Below, in pieces: positions 33,657 through 42,617 of a stretch of DNA of 64,000 nt (its first letter is position 1; each line of letters opens with the position of its first letter). The translations under genes and the position numbers were made by a program. The DNA comes from a phage: sequence record PV946933.1, one strand, 5' to 3'. Below the pieces are notes generated by a model. The model did no database searches, was not told where the DNA came from, and worked only from the letters and a program-made list of their open reading frames with translations.

Positions 33657-34202
33657 ATGAGAAAAGCACTACTCGCTGGTCTATTGGCCATTTCTATGAT
33701 GGCACATAGCTCCGAGCATACTTTCAGTAATGTCCAACTCGATAACATGCGTTACGCGTATCAATTCGGGGAACAATTTTCTAAGGATGGAAAATATAAA
33801 ACACATAAAAATATCCACAAGAGCGGATTAGGTCATATAATGGCTGCTATTTTATGGCAAGAAAGCTCTGCCGGAGTTAATTTAAAATCTAAACCAAAGC
33901 ATCATGCCTATGGAATGTTCCAAAATTATTTGCCGACCATGCGAGCAAGAGTTAAGGAACTTGGTTATAATATGACCGATGCCGAAATAAAAAGAATGTT
34001 GAATAAACGGTCCAATTCAGCTTCCTGGGCGTACATTGAACTTTCTTATTGGTTAAATATACATAAGGGCGATATAAGAAAGGCAATATCCTCTTATAAT
34101 TCGGGATGGAATGTTAAAGCAGGTTCTAAATATGCTTCTGAAGTCCTAGAAAAGGCTAACTACCTTAAAAATAATAAACTACTGGAAATAGTAAATGACT
34201 AA
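33657..34202 (+). CDS. Secreted lytic transglycosylase (SLT domain)
   Basis: Signal peptide MRKALLAGLLAISMMAHS; SLT motifs ILWQESSAG, AYGMFQ, SYNSGWN. Confidence 0.65.
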   Translation: MRKALLAGLLAISMMAHSSEHTFSNVQLDNMRYAYQFGEQFSKDGKYKTHKNIHKSGLGHIMAAILWQESSAGVNLKSKPKHHAYGMFQNYLPTMRARVKELGYNMTDAEIKRMLNKRSNSASWAYIELSYWLNIHKGDIRKAISSYNSGWNVKAGSKYASEVLEKANYLKNNKLLEIVND

Positions 34203-34536
34203 AATTTTGGTTTTATGTGTAGGATTAATTTCATTTTCTGCGTTAGCAGATATATCATATTCTGAAGTTAGAGAGTATGTAAACCGTACTGCCGCGGATT
34301 ATTGCGGGAAAAATAAAGCATGCCAAGCTGAATTTGCGCAGAAATTAATATATGCATATAAAGACGGAGAAAGAGATAAATCAAGCAGATACAAAAATGA
34401 TACTTTATTAAAACGATATGCTAAAAAGTGGAATACCTTAGAATGTTCAGTTGCGGAGGAGAAAGATAAAGCCGCTTGTCATTCAATGGTTGACCGTTTG
34501 GTAGATTCTTATAATCGAGGATTGAGTACTAGATGA
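34195..34536 (+). CDS. Small secreted/periplasmic protein
   Basis: ORF track 113 aa; signal peptide MTKILVLCVGLISFSALA; four Cys. Confidence 0.5.
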   Translation: MTKILVLCVGLISFSALADISYSEVREYVNRTAADYCGKNKACQAEFAQKLIYAYKDGERDKSSRYKNDTLLKRYAKKWNTLECSVAEEKDKAACHSMVDRLVDSYNRGLSTR

Positions 34537-35012
34537 TTGTAAAATATATCAAGGGCGATATTGTCGCCCTATTTCTTCAAGGTAATATTATTGCGCACGG
34601 GTGCAATTGCTTCCACACAATGGGCTCTGGCGTAGCAGGTCAATTAGCAAAAGCCTATCCCAAAATTTTAGAAATAGATAAAACCACTACCGAGTACGGT
34701 TCTCGTGATAAATTAGGCGATATGTCTATTGTTTTTAAACACAGTCCTATAGGATTTGGTATATGCTATAACCTTTATACGCAATACGAACCGGGTCCTA
34801 ATCTTGATTATGGTGCTTTAGTAAACTGCATGATAGAATTAAATCTACAGGCAGAGACCCTTTTGTTTAAACCAGTAATTTATATTCCACGCATAGGTTG
34901 CGGTATTGCTGGCGGCGATTGGGATAAGGTTTCTAAATTAATCGACATGTTTACTCCTGATATTGATTTAATAGTGGTGGATTATGAAAGTACATTACCC
35001 GCATCCGTTTGA
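34533..35012 (+). CDS. Macro-domain (ADP-ribose binding/processing) protein
   Basis: Motifs GDIV...IIAHGCN...MGSGVAGQLAKAYP and IPRIGCGIAGGDW parallel macro-domain GDIT...VNAAN...GGGGVDGAI and AFPAISTGVYGYP. Confidence 0.5.
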   Translation: MIVKYIKGDIVALFLQGNIIAHGCNCFHTMGSGVAGQLAKAYPKILEIDKTTTEYGSRDKLGDMSIVFKHSPIGFGICYNLYTQYEPGPNLDYGALVNCMIELNLQAETLLFKPVIYIPRIGCGIAGGDWDKVSKLIDMFTPDIDLIVVDYESTLPASV

Positions 35013-35196
35013 TCCTAAAAACAAAGCAGAAATTATTCGTCAATGGGAACGCATTTGCCGTACTAAATGCCCAATTAATAGTTCTCATGATGTAGATAAA
35101 GACTATATTGGAACATTCGTTGAATATACCTTTATTGATAGGAAAGGTCGTAAACAACATGTAGAAGAATATTGCTTAAAGGTTACATGGTTATGA
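34984..35196 (+). CDS. Hypothetical protein
   Basis: ORF track 70 aa. Confidence 0.4.
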   Translation: MKVHYPHPFDPKNKAEIIRQWERICRTKCPINSSHDVDKDYIGTFVEYTFIDRKGRKQHVEEYCLKVTWL

Positions 35197-35378
35197 GTCT
35201 GAGTAAAGAACAAAAAGATAAATTGTTTGAGCTTATCCATGAACTTCTAGATGAGCATACAGAAGCAAACACCTTTTATGATGAATACGGCCCGCTATCT
35301 CCCGAACAGCAAGAAGAATTTGCTGATCGGTTTGATAAGAAAGAAAATGAATTAATAGCTTATGTGAATACGCTTTAA
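35172..35378 (+). CDS. Hypothetical acidic protein
   Basis: ORF track 68 aa. Confidence 0.45.
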   Translation: MLKGYMVMSLSKEQKDKLFELIHELLDEHTEANTFYDEYGPLSPEQQEEFADRFDKKENELIAYVNTL

Positions 35379-35387
35379 GAAGGTGAT

Positions 35388-35969
35388 ATGGCGAGTTTAA
35401 TTTTTACTTATGCAGCAATGAATGCTGGAAAATCTGCTTCTCTTTTGACTGCTGCACATAATTATAAAGAACGCGGAATGAGTGTATTAGTTCTTAAGCC
35501 TGCTATTGATACTCGCGATTCTGTCTGTGAAGTCGTTTCTCGCATTGGAATTAAACAGGAAGCGAATATTATCACGGATGATATGGATATTTTTGAGTTC
35601 TATAAATGGGCTGAAGCACAAAAAGATATTCATTGCGTATTTGTAGATGAAGCCCAGTTTTTAAAAACTGAACAGGTACATCAATTAAGCCGAATTGTCG
35701 ATACATATAATGTTCCTGTTATGGCTTATGGTCTAAGGACTGATTTCGCCGGAAAATTATTTGAAGGTTCTAAAGAACTTTTGGCGATTGCGGATAAACT
35801 TATTGAACTAAAGGCAGTTTGTCATTGCGGTAAAAAAGCGATTATGACAGCTCGATTAATGGAAGATGGAACACCAGTTAAAGAAGGTAATCAAATCTGT
35901 ATTGGTGATGAAATTTATGTTTCTTTGTGTAGAAAACATTGGAACGAATTAACTAAAAAGCTCGGTTAG
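35388..35969 (+). CDS. tk: Thymidine kinase
   Basis: ORF track 193 aa; P-loop AMNAGKSASLL; recognised as T4 Tk. Confidence 0.95.
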   Translation: MASLIFTYAAMNAGKSASLLTAAHNYKERGMSVLVLKPAIDTRDSVCEVVSRIGIKQEANIITDDMDIFEFYKWAEAQKDIHCVFVDEAQFLKTEQVHQLSRIVDTYNVPVMAYGLRTDFAGKLFEGSKELLAIADKLIELKAVCHCGKKAIMTARLMEDGTPVKEGNQICIGDEIYVSLCRKHWNELTKKLG

Positions 35970-35978
35970 TGCAAAAGT

Positions 35979-35986
35979 TATAAATA
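35979..35986 (+). promoter_or_regulatory. Candidate late promoter TATAAATA upstream of the rI region
   Basis: Exact TATAAATA about 25 nt upstream of ATG 36012. Confidence 0.35.
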
Positions 35987-36011
35987 GGTTTATCTAACTA
36001 AAGGGGTATAT

Positions 36012-36224
36012 ATGCTACAATTAACTGAAAAGCAACTTCGCAATCTTACTGTTCTTCAATTAGATGAAATTCGTAGGGAAGTTGGAAATATCATTTCAGC
36101 TTTGCGTCGAGAAGTATCACTCAACCAATCTCCGGCAGACTATACTAGATTGCGAAATTTTGAAAAATACCTTGATAAAGTTAAGGCCGTGCATCGGCAT
36201 AAAGTAAATACAGGACAAAAATGA
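36012..36224 (+). CDS. Hypothetical protein (rI.-1 position)
   Basis: ORF track 70 aa. Confidence 0.5.
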
Positions 36225-36236
36225 TAGGAGGCCTTT

Positions 36237-36530
36237 ATGGCCTTAAAAGCAGCGGCACTATTCGCCATGCTAGGATTAGCGTTTGTTTTATCTCCGCCGA
36301 TTGAAGCGAATGTCGATCCTCATTTTGATAAATTTATGGAATCTGGTATTAGGCACGTTTATACACTTTTTGAAAATAAAAGCGTAGAATCGTCTGAACA
36401 ATTCTATAGTTTTATGAGAACGACCTATAAAAATGACCCGTGCTCTTCTGATTTTGAATGTATAGAGCGAGGCGCGGAGATGGCACAATCATACGCTAGA
36501 ATTATGAACATTAAATTGGAGACTGAATGA
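36237..36530 (+). CDS. rI: Lysis inhibition regulator RI (periplasmic antiholin)
   Basis: ORF track 97 aa; signal-anchor MALKAAALFAMLGLAFVLS; recognised as T4 RI. Confidence 0.85.
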   Translation: MALKAAALFAMLGLAFVLSPPIEANVDPHFDKFMESGIRHVYTLFENKSVESSEQFYSFMRTTYKNDPCSSDFECIERGAEMAQSYARIMNIKLETE

Positions 36531-36913
36531 AATTCAGCGACTTTTCACAAAGTGGAAAACCTTCAAAGGCAGATGAATACTTAGGTTTATTAATGGCTGC
36601 ACAAGCTTATTTTCATTCTGCACATTTTGAAACTAAAAGTTATGCTAGACACAAAGCATACGATTTTATTTTTTCCGAGTTGCCAGATTTGATTGATAAA
36701 TTTGGTGAGCAATATTTGGGGTATTCTGGTAGAAAATACACACCTTCAATTCCAGATGCTAGTAAACTTCCTACCGACACAATTAAAATGATTGATCGTA
36801 TACTAGACCAATCTAACAGCATTTACAAAGAAATGCCTCCAGCCATTCAAAGCACGATAGATGATATTACTGGAATGTTTTATCAAAGTAAGTATCTTCT
36901 TTCCCTCGAATAA
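36527..36913 (+). CDS. Hypothetical protein (rI.1 position)
   Basis: ORF track 128 aa. Confidence 0.55.
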   Translation: MKFSDFSQSGKPSKADEYLGLLMAAQAYFHSAHFETKSYARHKAYDFIFSELPDLIDKFGEQYLGYSGRKYTPSIPDASKLPTDTIKMIDRILDQSNSIYKEMPPAIQSTIDDITGMFYQSKYLLSLE

Positions 36914-36918
36914 CATTA

Positions 36919-36940
36919 GTCTCCTTCGGGAGACTTTTTT
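36919..36940 (+). terminator. Rho-independent terminator with C(UUCG)G tetraloop (GTCTCC-TTCG-GGAGAC + T6)
   Basis: Perfect hairpin followed by TTTTTT. Confidence 0.65.
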
Positions 36941-36950
36941 CATTTTACCG

Positions 36951-36980
36951 GTTTACTTTCCATTTGAGCTGTGATACTAT
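36951..36980 (+). promoter_or_regulatory. T4-type early promoter
   Basis: GTTTAC, 18 nt, TACTAT. Confidence 0.5.
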
Positions 36981-37008
36981 ACAACCATCGGATAAAGAGG
37001 AGAACATC

Positions 37009-37197
37009 ATGAAAATTGAAGCACTTAATCAAGAAGGAAATATCTACGTCATCATTAATGGTGATTTTTTCGTCGACATGGATGAAGTTACCAGTGAAGA
37101 ACTTGAAGAACTTCTTAAGAAACGTTATGATATGTGTGATGAAGCTGCAACTCACATGGCGTGTGCAATATTCTCTCTTTCATATGTGGTAGAATAA
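37009..37197 (+). CDS. Hypothetical acidic protein
   Basis: ORF track frame 36964..37197; start downstream of promoter at ATG after AGAGGAGAA RBS. Confidence 0.45.
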   Translation: MKIEALNQEGNIYVIINGDFFVDMDEVTSEELEELLKKRYDMCDEAATHMACAIFSLSYVVE

Positions 37198-37400
37198 TGA
37201 TTAGTATCGAACAAGCAGATAAAATTAAAGAATTGGTAGCTTTAATTCGCAAAGCAGACGAGGAACTTAGTGACTTTGCTTGGTTTTCGGCAGGCATTGC
37301 AAATAAAGGCGCTGAAGAACTTGAAGCTAAAGTTGATAATGCTGTAGAAGCTTTAGATATGTTTCTTGATGAAATTATCGATCATAATACGAGAGTTTAA
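37197..37400 (+). CDS. Hypothetical protein
   Basis: ORF track frame 37161..37400; ATG overlapping upstream stop (TAATGA). Confidence 0.45.
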   Translation: MISIEQADKIKELVALIRKADEELSDFAWFSAGIANKGAEELEAKVDNAVEALDMFLDEIIDHNTRV

Positions 37401-37402
37401 GT

Positions 37403-37597
37403 ATGCTGACATGCGAACAGTTTGAAAAAATCATTAAATTAGTACGTGATGTTGAAATAGATTCATATCAATTAGCAGTTGAGCATTGTGAAGGATATTC
37501 ATACGAAGGTATAGCAGCAGCTAAAAGGGATTTGGATAAATCTAAAGCTAAGTTAGTTCAATATCTTGAAATGATTAGGTGGAATAATGAAAACTGA
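37403..37597 (+). CDS. Hypothetical protein
   Basis: ORF track 64 aa. Confidence 0.45.
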   Translation: MLTCEQFEKIIKLVRDVEIDSYQLAVEHCEGYSYEGIAAAKRDLDKSKAKLVQYLEMIRWNNEN

Positions 37598-37760
37598 AAA
37601 GCAGATGTTTTTAATGAAGCTAATTGAAGAATATGCTAATGCAGTTTCTGACTATGAGTGTTCTTCTCGGGAAAGAGGTACAGCTTTCGCAAAGGAAGAA
37701 ATGAAAATCATGGTTGATGCTCACACAAAGCTTCAGAATTTTATTGAAAACGTCATTTAA
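37587..37760 (+). CDS. Small hypothetical protein (57 aa, below ORF-track cutoff)
   Basis: Hand-translated MKTEKQMFLMKLIEEYANAVSDYE...; start overlaps upstream stop; coordinates +/-1. Confidence 0.35.
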   Translation: MKTEKQMFLMKLIEEYANAVSDYECSSRERGTAFAKEEMKIMVDAHTKLQNFIENVI

Positions 37761-37762
37761 TG

Positions 37763-37792
37763 GTTTACAAGTTGGCAAGGTTATGGTATAGT
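37763..37792 (+). promoter_or_regulatory. T4-type early promoter with 9-bp inverted repeat bracketing -10
   Basis: GTTTAC, 18 nt, TATAGT; GTTGGCAAG/CTTGCCAAC flanks the -10. Confidence 0.45.
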
Positions 37793-37927
37793 AATCTTGC
37801 CAACTGCCAAGGAGAAGAGAATGAAAGTTTTGTTTGTTGTGTATGTGATGATTCAATATAATTACCCAATGTTTACTTATAATCTGGTGAACAACATTAT
37901 TGATATTATTCAAAGGAGTATGTAATT

Positions 37928-38485
37928 GTGAGTGAGTCGAAGAGAATCAATATGAAACGATTAGTATTAGAAGTTAGTTCACTTTTTGGTGAATTGGCTA
38001 TAGAAAAAGTAAATAATATGTATCGTTTGACGCAAGAAGACGATATGCTATATTTTACGCCTAGTGAAATCATTCATTTAACCCAAATTGAAAATCCTTA
38101 TACTGATAAAATTGTAAGCATTAATGATGAGCATAAAATTCATTTTTATTCTTCATGCCCAGGATTTAATATTAAAAGTGAGTCAATGTGTTTATCAGTT
38201 ATTCATTGGGATAGTTTTATAGCTAAGATTAAATATTTTTATTATTCTAATGAAAGAAAACATAGTTTAAAATGGCTTAAAAATTGCAATGCTATTATTA
38301 CTAACGATTGCAATCAGAATGATGAAACTCTTTTAAATGTATCAAAATGTTATGAAGAAGGAGATGTCTTAACTATTCGTCAAATTGACGATTTTCGATC
38401 ACATATTGTCACATTTACCAAAGACGAAGCTATTGCGCTAAAGACTTATCTTGATTCTGTCATTCCAACTATGATTTCAAAGTGA
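37928..38485 (+). CDS. Hypothetical protein (GTG start per ORF track; paralogue of next gene)
   Basis: ORF track 185 aa; AGGAG RBS 9 nt upstream of GTG; C-terminus EAIALKTYLDSVIPTMISK resembles C-terminus of 38492..39010. Confidence 0.45.
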   Translation: MSESKRINMKRLVLEVSSLFGELAIEKVNNMYRLTQEDDMLYFTPSEIIHLTQIENPYTDKIVSINDEHKIHFYSSCPGFNIKSESMCLSVIHWDSFIAKIKYFYYSNERKHSLKWLKNCNAIITNDCNQNDETLLNVSKCYEEGDVLTIRQIDDFRSHIVTFTKDEAIALKTYLDSVIPTMISK

Positions 38486-38491
38486 GGAAAT

Positions 38492-39010
38492 ATGTTTATT
38501 TCAAGTGAAAGTGGTTTAATTCGTGTTGAATTTAAAAATGACATCTTCCTTATTCAAGGAGATGATATTATTAAAATGAGTTATGACGAAATCAAGAAAA
38601 TTTGCCGTGCTCTTGAAAGTCATGGAAAAGTAAATGCTGTTATTGACATCGGTGATTTATGGGTGACACTTTATGAAGTATCCGAAGGATTTAACATTGA
38701 AGATGAAAATAACATCTTAGCTATTGATAAAAGAAGTGATTTGTTTGATGTATTAAAAGTTTATGAACAGTCAAACGGTGGAAGAAAAGCCGTATTGATT
38801 TATCAAAAACCACATTCATGTGGAACTGCTTCAATTATTTCAAATATTGAAGATGAAACTGATACTTATATGTGTGTTTTGAAAGCGGGCGGTGACCGTC
38901 ATCCGGATTTTATTTCTATTCGTCAAAACAATGGAGAAATTTCATTATCAAAATCAGAAGCTGAAGCTATGATTAAGTATTTAACAACTGTTACACCTTC
39001 AATGAAATGA
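38492..39010 (+). CDS. Hypothetical protein (paralogue of previous gene)
   Basis: ORF track 172 aa; C-terminus EAEAMIKYLTTVTPSMK. Confidence 0.5.
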   Translation: MFISSESGLIRVEFKNDIFLIQGDDIIKMSYDEIKKICRALESHGKVNAVIDIGDLWVTLYEVSEGFNIEDENNILAIDKRSDLFDVLKVYEQSNGGRKAVLIYQKPHSCGTASIISNIEDETDTYMCVLKAGGDRHPDFISIRQNNGEISLSKSEAEAMIKYLTTVTPSMK

Positions 39011-39477
39011 TAATTATGATTATTAATGAAAACTCTTGGCACTATAAATTATTCAAAATGTTTAATGATGAATGGAAACGACCTAAGACACTGTGTGCAT
39101 ACTTTTGGTCTATTGTCATTCCTACATTCTTCGTTTCTTTTTTCGGATGTACTATACTCGCAGGTCTAACTATCATCTGCGCAGAAATCATGCAGAAATG
39201 GCTTATTTTTGGTAGTTTATGGACTCTTATTCCATCAGCATTTATACTTGCCATTTTGCTTGTTTTACTTATTATCGGTTCATTTGTTATTCCTGCACAT
39301 TTGCGTGAAAAATATAAAGATTATAAATGGAAAAAGGATTATGCTTTACATGTAGAAAATATTGATAGGGCGTATAAAGGTTTACCTCCTATTCAACCCA
39401 AGAAATCTATTATCGTCGAATTTTTAAAAACGCGTAAAGCTAAAGTATGTCCTGTTATTGAATATAAGGCTAAATGA
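39007..39477 (+). CDS. Hypothetical membrane protein
   Basis: ORF track 156 aa; multiple TM helices. Confidence 0.5.
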   Translation: MIIMIINENSWHYKLFKMFNDEWKRPKTLCAYFWSIVIPTFFVSFFGCTILAGLTIICAEIMQKWLIFGSLWTLIPSAFILAILLVLLIIGSFVIPAHLREKYKDYKWKKDYALHVENIDRAYKGLPPIQPKKSIIVEFLKTRKAKVCPVIEYKAK

Positions 39478-40487
39478 TGAAAACAGTAATGAAAAGCTAT
39501 TTCGGTAGTCATCTTTATGGAACTTCTACTCCAGAATCTGATGTAGATTTTAAAGAAATCTTTGTTCCTCCTGCTCGTGATATTCTTATCGGAAATGTTA
39601 AAGAGCATATGAGCAAAAACACTAACAACACATCATCTAAAAACACTAAAGATGATATTGACCATGAACTATACAGTCTTAAGTATTTCTTTAAATTAGC
39701 AGCAGATGGTGAAACCGTAGCATTGGATATGCTCCACACTCCACCTGAACTGGTAGTTAAATCTGATTTGCCTGATGTATGGAAGTTTATTCAAGACAAT
39801 CGTTCTCGTTTTTATACGACTAGCATGAAATCCTATTTAGGATATGTCCGCAAGCAAGCTTCTAAATATGGTGTTAAGGGTTCTCGTTTGGCCGCATTAC
39901 GTGATGTATTGAAAGTAGTTAATCAAATCCCCGATCAGTGGGTTGATTACCGAGAAGATGGAACACAAGGACAACGTCGTACTAAAGTTGAAGATATTAA
40001 GCATCGTCTTCCAGAGAACGAATTCTGCGAATGGGTATTCCATAATCATGAGAAAACAGGCCCGCAGACGTTCTATACTGTGTTGGGTCGTAAATATCAG
40101 ACTACACTTTCTCTTATTGAGCTTAAGCAGTCTTTGAATAAACTTGATGCTGAATATGGTGAACGTGCTCGTAAAGCTGAAGCGAATGAGGGTATTGACT
40201 GGAAAGCACTGAGTCATGCTTGCCGCGGTGGACTCCAATTGTTGGAAATTTACAAAACTGGTGACTTAGTCTATCCACTCCAAGACGCTCCATTTATTCT
40301 CGACGTGAAGCTGGGTAAACATCCATTTAAAACGGTTCAAGAGTTTTTGGAAGATGTGGTCGATCAAGTAGAAGCAGCATCAATTGAAGCTTCTAAGAAC
40401 GGTATGCAGCAAAAAGTAGACATGGGTTTCTGGGATGACTTCCTTGAGAGGGTGTATCTCGAAAACCACCGAAGTTATTATAAATGA
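39474..40487 (+). CDS. Predicted nucleotidyltransferase-fold protein
   Basis: N-terminal SYFGSHLYGTSTPESDVDFK fits the pol-beta-type NTase G[GS]...D.D motif; 337 aa. Confidence 0.5.
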   Translation: MMKTVMKSYFGSHLYGTSTPESDVDFKEIFVPPARDILIGNVKEHMSKNTNNTSSKNTKDDIDHELYSLKYFFKLAADGETVALDMLHTPPELVVKSDLPDVWKFIQDNRSRFYTTSMKSYLGYVRKQASKYGVKGSRLAALRDVLKVVNQIPDQWVDYREDGTQGQRRTKVEDIKHRLPENEFCEWVFHNHEKTGPQTFYTVLGRKYQTTLSLIELKQSLNKLDAEYGERARKAEANEGIDWKALSHACRGGLQLLEIYKTGDLVYPLQDAPFILDVKLGKHPFKTVQEFLEDVVDQVEAASIEASKNGMQQKVDMGFWDDFLERVYLENHRSYYK

Positions 40488-40489
40488 TA

Positions 40490-40513
40490 GGGAGCCTTCG
40501 GGCTCCCTTTTTT
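40490..40513 (+). terminator. Rho-independent terminator with C(UUCG)G tetraloop (GGGAGCC-TTCG-GGCTCCC + T6)
   Basis: Perfect 7-bp GC stem, UUCG loop, U-run. Confidence 0.7.
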
Positions 40514-40537
40514 ATTTCAAAAATTTTTCACAAAACG

Positions 40538-40567
40538 GTTTACAAGCATAAAGCTTTATGGTACTAT
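40538..40567 (+). promoter_or_regulatory. T4-type early promoter with conserved leader
   Basis: GTTTAC, 18 nt, TACTATACAACTATCAACTGATACAGA, shared with 26186 and 41977 modules. Confidence 0.5.
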
Positions 40568-40601
40568 ACAACTATCAACTGATACAGATTTGGAGAATAA
40601 A

Positions 40602-41570
40602 ATGAAAACTGTAACTATCAATAAGGGTATCTACTTCGGTAAAGAAATCTCTGGAACTTTTGAGCTCTTAGGCGAATGGTTCCCAGATAATGCTCCAGTA
40701 GATGCACAAGGAGATGGTAAAGTTTTTGTTGAAATTGACGGTAAACGTCGCGGTGTTTGGGTTTACAAATCAGATATTTCATATGATGGTGTAAAAGTTG
40801 AAGAAGTTAAAGAATCATATGAAGATATGAAAACCCGCATTAATAAAAGATTTAATGTTATGGGAATGATGACGAATGGTATTATTAATGGAAATATTCG
40901 TTCATTAATTATCTCTGGCGCAGCAGGTATTGGTAAAACGTATTCTTTAGATAAAGCTTTAAATAAAGCAAATGATAATGGATACATTGAATATAAAAGC
41001 ATTAATGGTAAAATCTCTGGTATTGGTCTTTATGAACAGCTTTGGAATAATCGTGAAGAGAATTCTGTGCTTTTGATTGATGATGTGGATGTTTTCTCTG
41101 ATATGGACATTCTTAATCTTCTGAAAGCTGCTCTGGACACTGGAGAGACCCGTAAAGTTTGCTGGAGCACTGCATCTTCTTACTTAGAAGAAAAAGGCAT
41201 TGACCGTGAGTTTGAATTTAAAGGAACGATTGTTTTTATCACAAACGTTGACATTGACCGCGAATTAGACCGTGGTACTAAACTTGCTCCACATTTACAA
41301 GCATTAGTGTCCCGCTCAGTTTATTTAGATTTGGGTGTTCACACTAATGAAGAAATTATGGTCAGGGTTGAAGATGTTATTCTTTCAACCGACATGATGC
41401 AAAAGCGCGGTCTTTCTGATGAAGAAACTTATAAAGCATTATCATGGATGAAAGTCAATGTTAATCGTTTACGCAATGTTTCACTGCGTACTGCTCTTTA
41501 TCTTGCTGACTTTATTATGACCGACAAAAACGGTTGGGAAGAAATTGCTGAGGTTACTCTTCTGAAATAA
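40602..41570 (+). CDS. AAA-type P-loop ATPase
   Basis: Walker A GAAGIGKT, Walker B VLLIDDVD; ORF track frame with start at MKTVTINKG after GGAGAA RBS. Confidence 0.6.
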   Translation: MKTVTINKGIYFGKEISGTFELLGEWFPDNAPVDAQGDGKVFVEIDGKRRGVWVYKSDISYDGVKVEEVKESYEDMKTRINKRFNVMGMMTNGIINGNIRSLIISGAAGIGKTYSLDKALNKANDNGYIEYKSINGKISGIGLYEQLWNNREENSVLLIDDVDVFSDMDILNLLKAALDTGETRKVCWSTASSYLEEKGIDREFEFKGTIVFITNVDIDRELDRGTKLAPHLQALVSRSVYLDLGVHTNEEIMVRVEDVILSTDMMQKRGLSDEETYKALSWMKVNVNRLRNVSLRTALYLADFIMTDKNGWEEIAEVTLLK

Positions 41571-41671
41571 TTCATAAGAGGACTTCTATGACAAAAAGGC
41601 AGTTCAGAAATAGATTATATGGACTGCCATCAAAAAGATGACTAGAATTAAACTGGTAAATGGAGGTAGTG

Positions 41672-41974
41672 ATGTTATACTCAAAGGCTCGTGAAATTTA
41701 CGAAACTAAGATTAAAGAAGCTGTATTTCAATTCGCAACGACAATGCGATGGACAAATGACTGGGAGTATTCAAAAAATCATAAGAAGCCCATGGTGACA
41801 AGAAAGGCTCATATGTTAGTGTTAATAGACCGTGAGCAGATTAAAGCCCGAGAAGCCCTCCAGAATCATAAAAAGGCTGCCTTTGAATGGTTTATGGATA
41901 ACACTGCTCCTGAGACTAAGAAAGCGGTAAGCGCATGGTTCAGTGGAAAAAATTGTGAAAGAAGTTTCTTTTAG
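41672..41974 (+). CDS. Hypothetical protein
   Basis: ORF track frame 41660..41974; start at ATG after GGAGG RBS. Confidence 0.45.
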   Translation: MLYSKAREIYETKIKEAVFQFATTMRWTNDWEYSKNHKKPMVTRKAHMLVLIDREQIKAREALQNHKKAAFEWFMDNTAPETKKAVSAWFSGKNCERSFF

Positions 41975-41976
41975 TG

Positions 41977-42006
41977 GTTTACAAGACTGTTCCTCTGTGG
42001 TACTAT
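41977..42006 (+). promoter_or_regulatory. T4-type early promoter with conserved leader
   Basis: GTTTAC, 18 nt, TACTATACAACTATCAACTACGGAGG. Confidence 0.5.
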
Positions 42007-42034
42007 ACAACTATCAACTACGGAGGAACACAAA

Positions 42035-42562
42035 ATGAACGCTAAAGATATTTTCAACTTGGTAAATTACAACGATGGTAAATTTAAATCTGAAGCACAA
42101 AGTAAGTTCTTTAATGACATCTCAATCGGAGGTGAAATCACAGTTGATGGAGGACAAATTTACAAATCCCGCTGGAATTGGATCGTTATTATTGATGAGA
42201 TCGGTATTGTAGAAATTTACAAGAATACGAATAAAAATCGTACATTACACTGGTCTCGTGATACTAACGAACAGTACAAAAAGGATAAAGCATCTAAATT
42301 ATCTCGTGTAACTCAAGAAGATATTGAGTTCATCAAGAAAGATATTTTAATGTATGATAATTTAATTGCTGAAGAGCAAGCTGTTATTGATAAATTTGAT
42401 GAGATTAAAGCTTCTCGTGAAATTCCTGATTTTATGAAAGAATCAGTAAATGAACGATACACTCTCATTTCAGAGCGTATTGAAACTTACAAAAAGCAAA
42501 GAGCTGAACGCCAAAATACTCTTCGGAAGTTTGAAGAACGGTTAAAGACGGTACTCGCATAA
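42035..42562 (+). CDS. Hypothetical protein with C-terminal coiled coil
   Basis: ORF track 175 aa. Confidence 0.5.
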   Translation: MNAKDIFNLVNYNDGKFKSEAQSKFFNDISIGGEITVDGGQIYKSRWNWIVIIDEIGIVEIYKNTNKNRTLHWSRDTNEQYKKDKASKLSRVTQEDIEFIKKDILMYDNLIAEEQAVIDKFDEIKASREIPDFMKESVNERYTLISERIETYKKQRAERQNTLRKFEERLKTVLA

Positions 42563-42617
42563 CCGCTTTATACCAAGGATGGTATAATAGTTCTAAGCCC
42601 TTTTAATTGAGATTATT

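Noticed and set aside
37821-37925. 34-codon hydrophobic ORF (MKVLFVVYVMIQYNYPMF...) downstream of the promoter at 37763
   Set aside because: Too short and without conservation evidence; may be a leader peptide, but not supportable from sequence alone.
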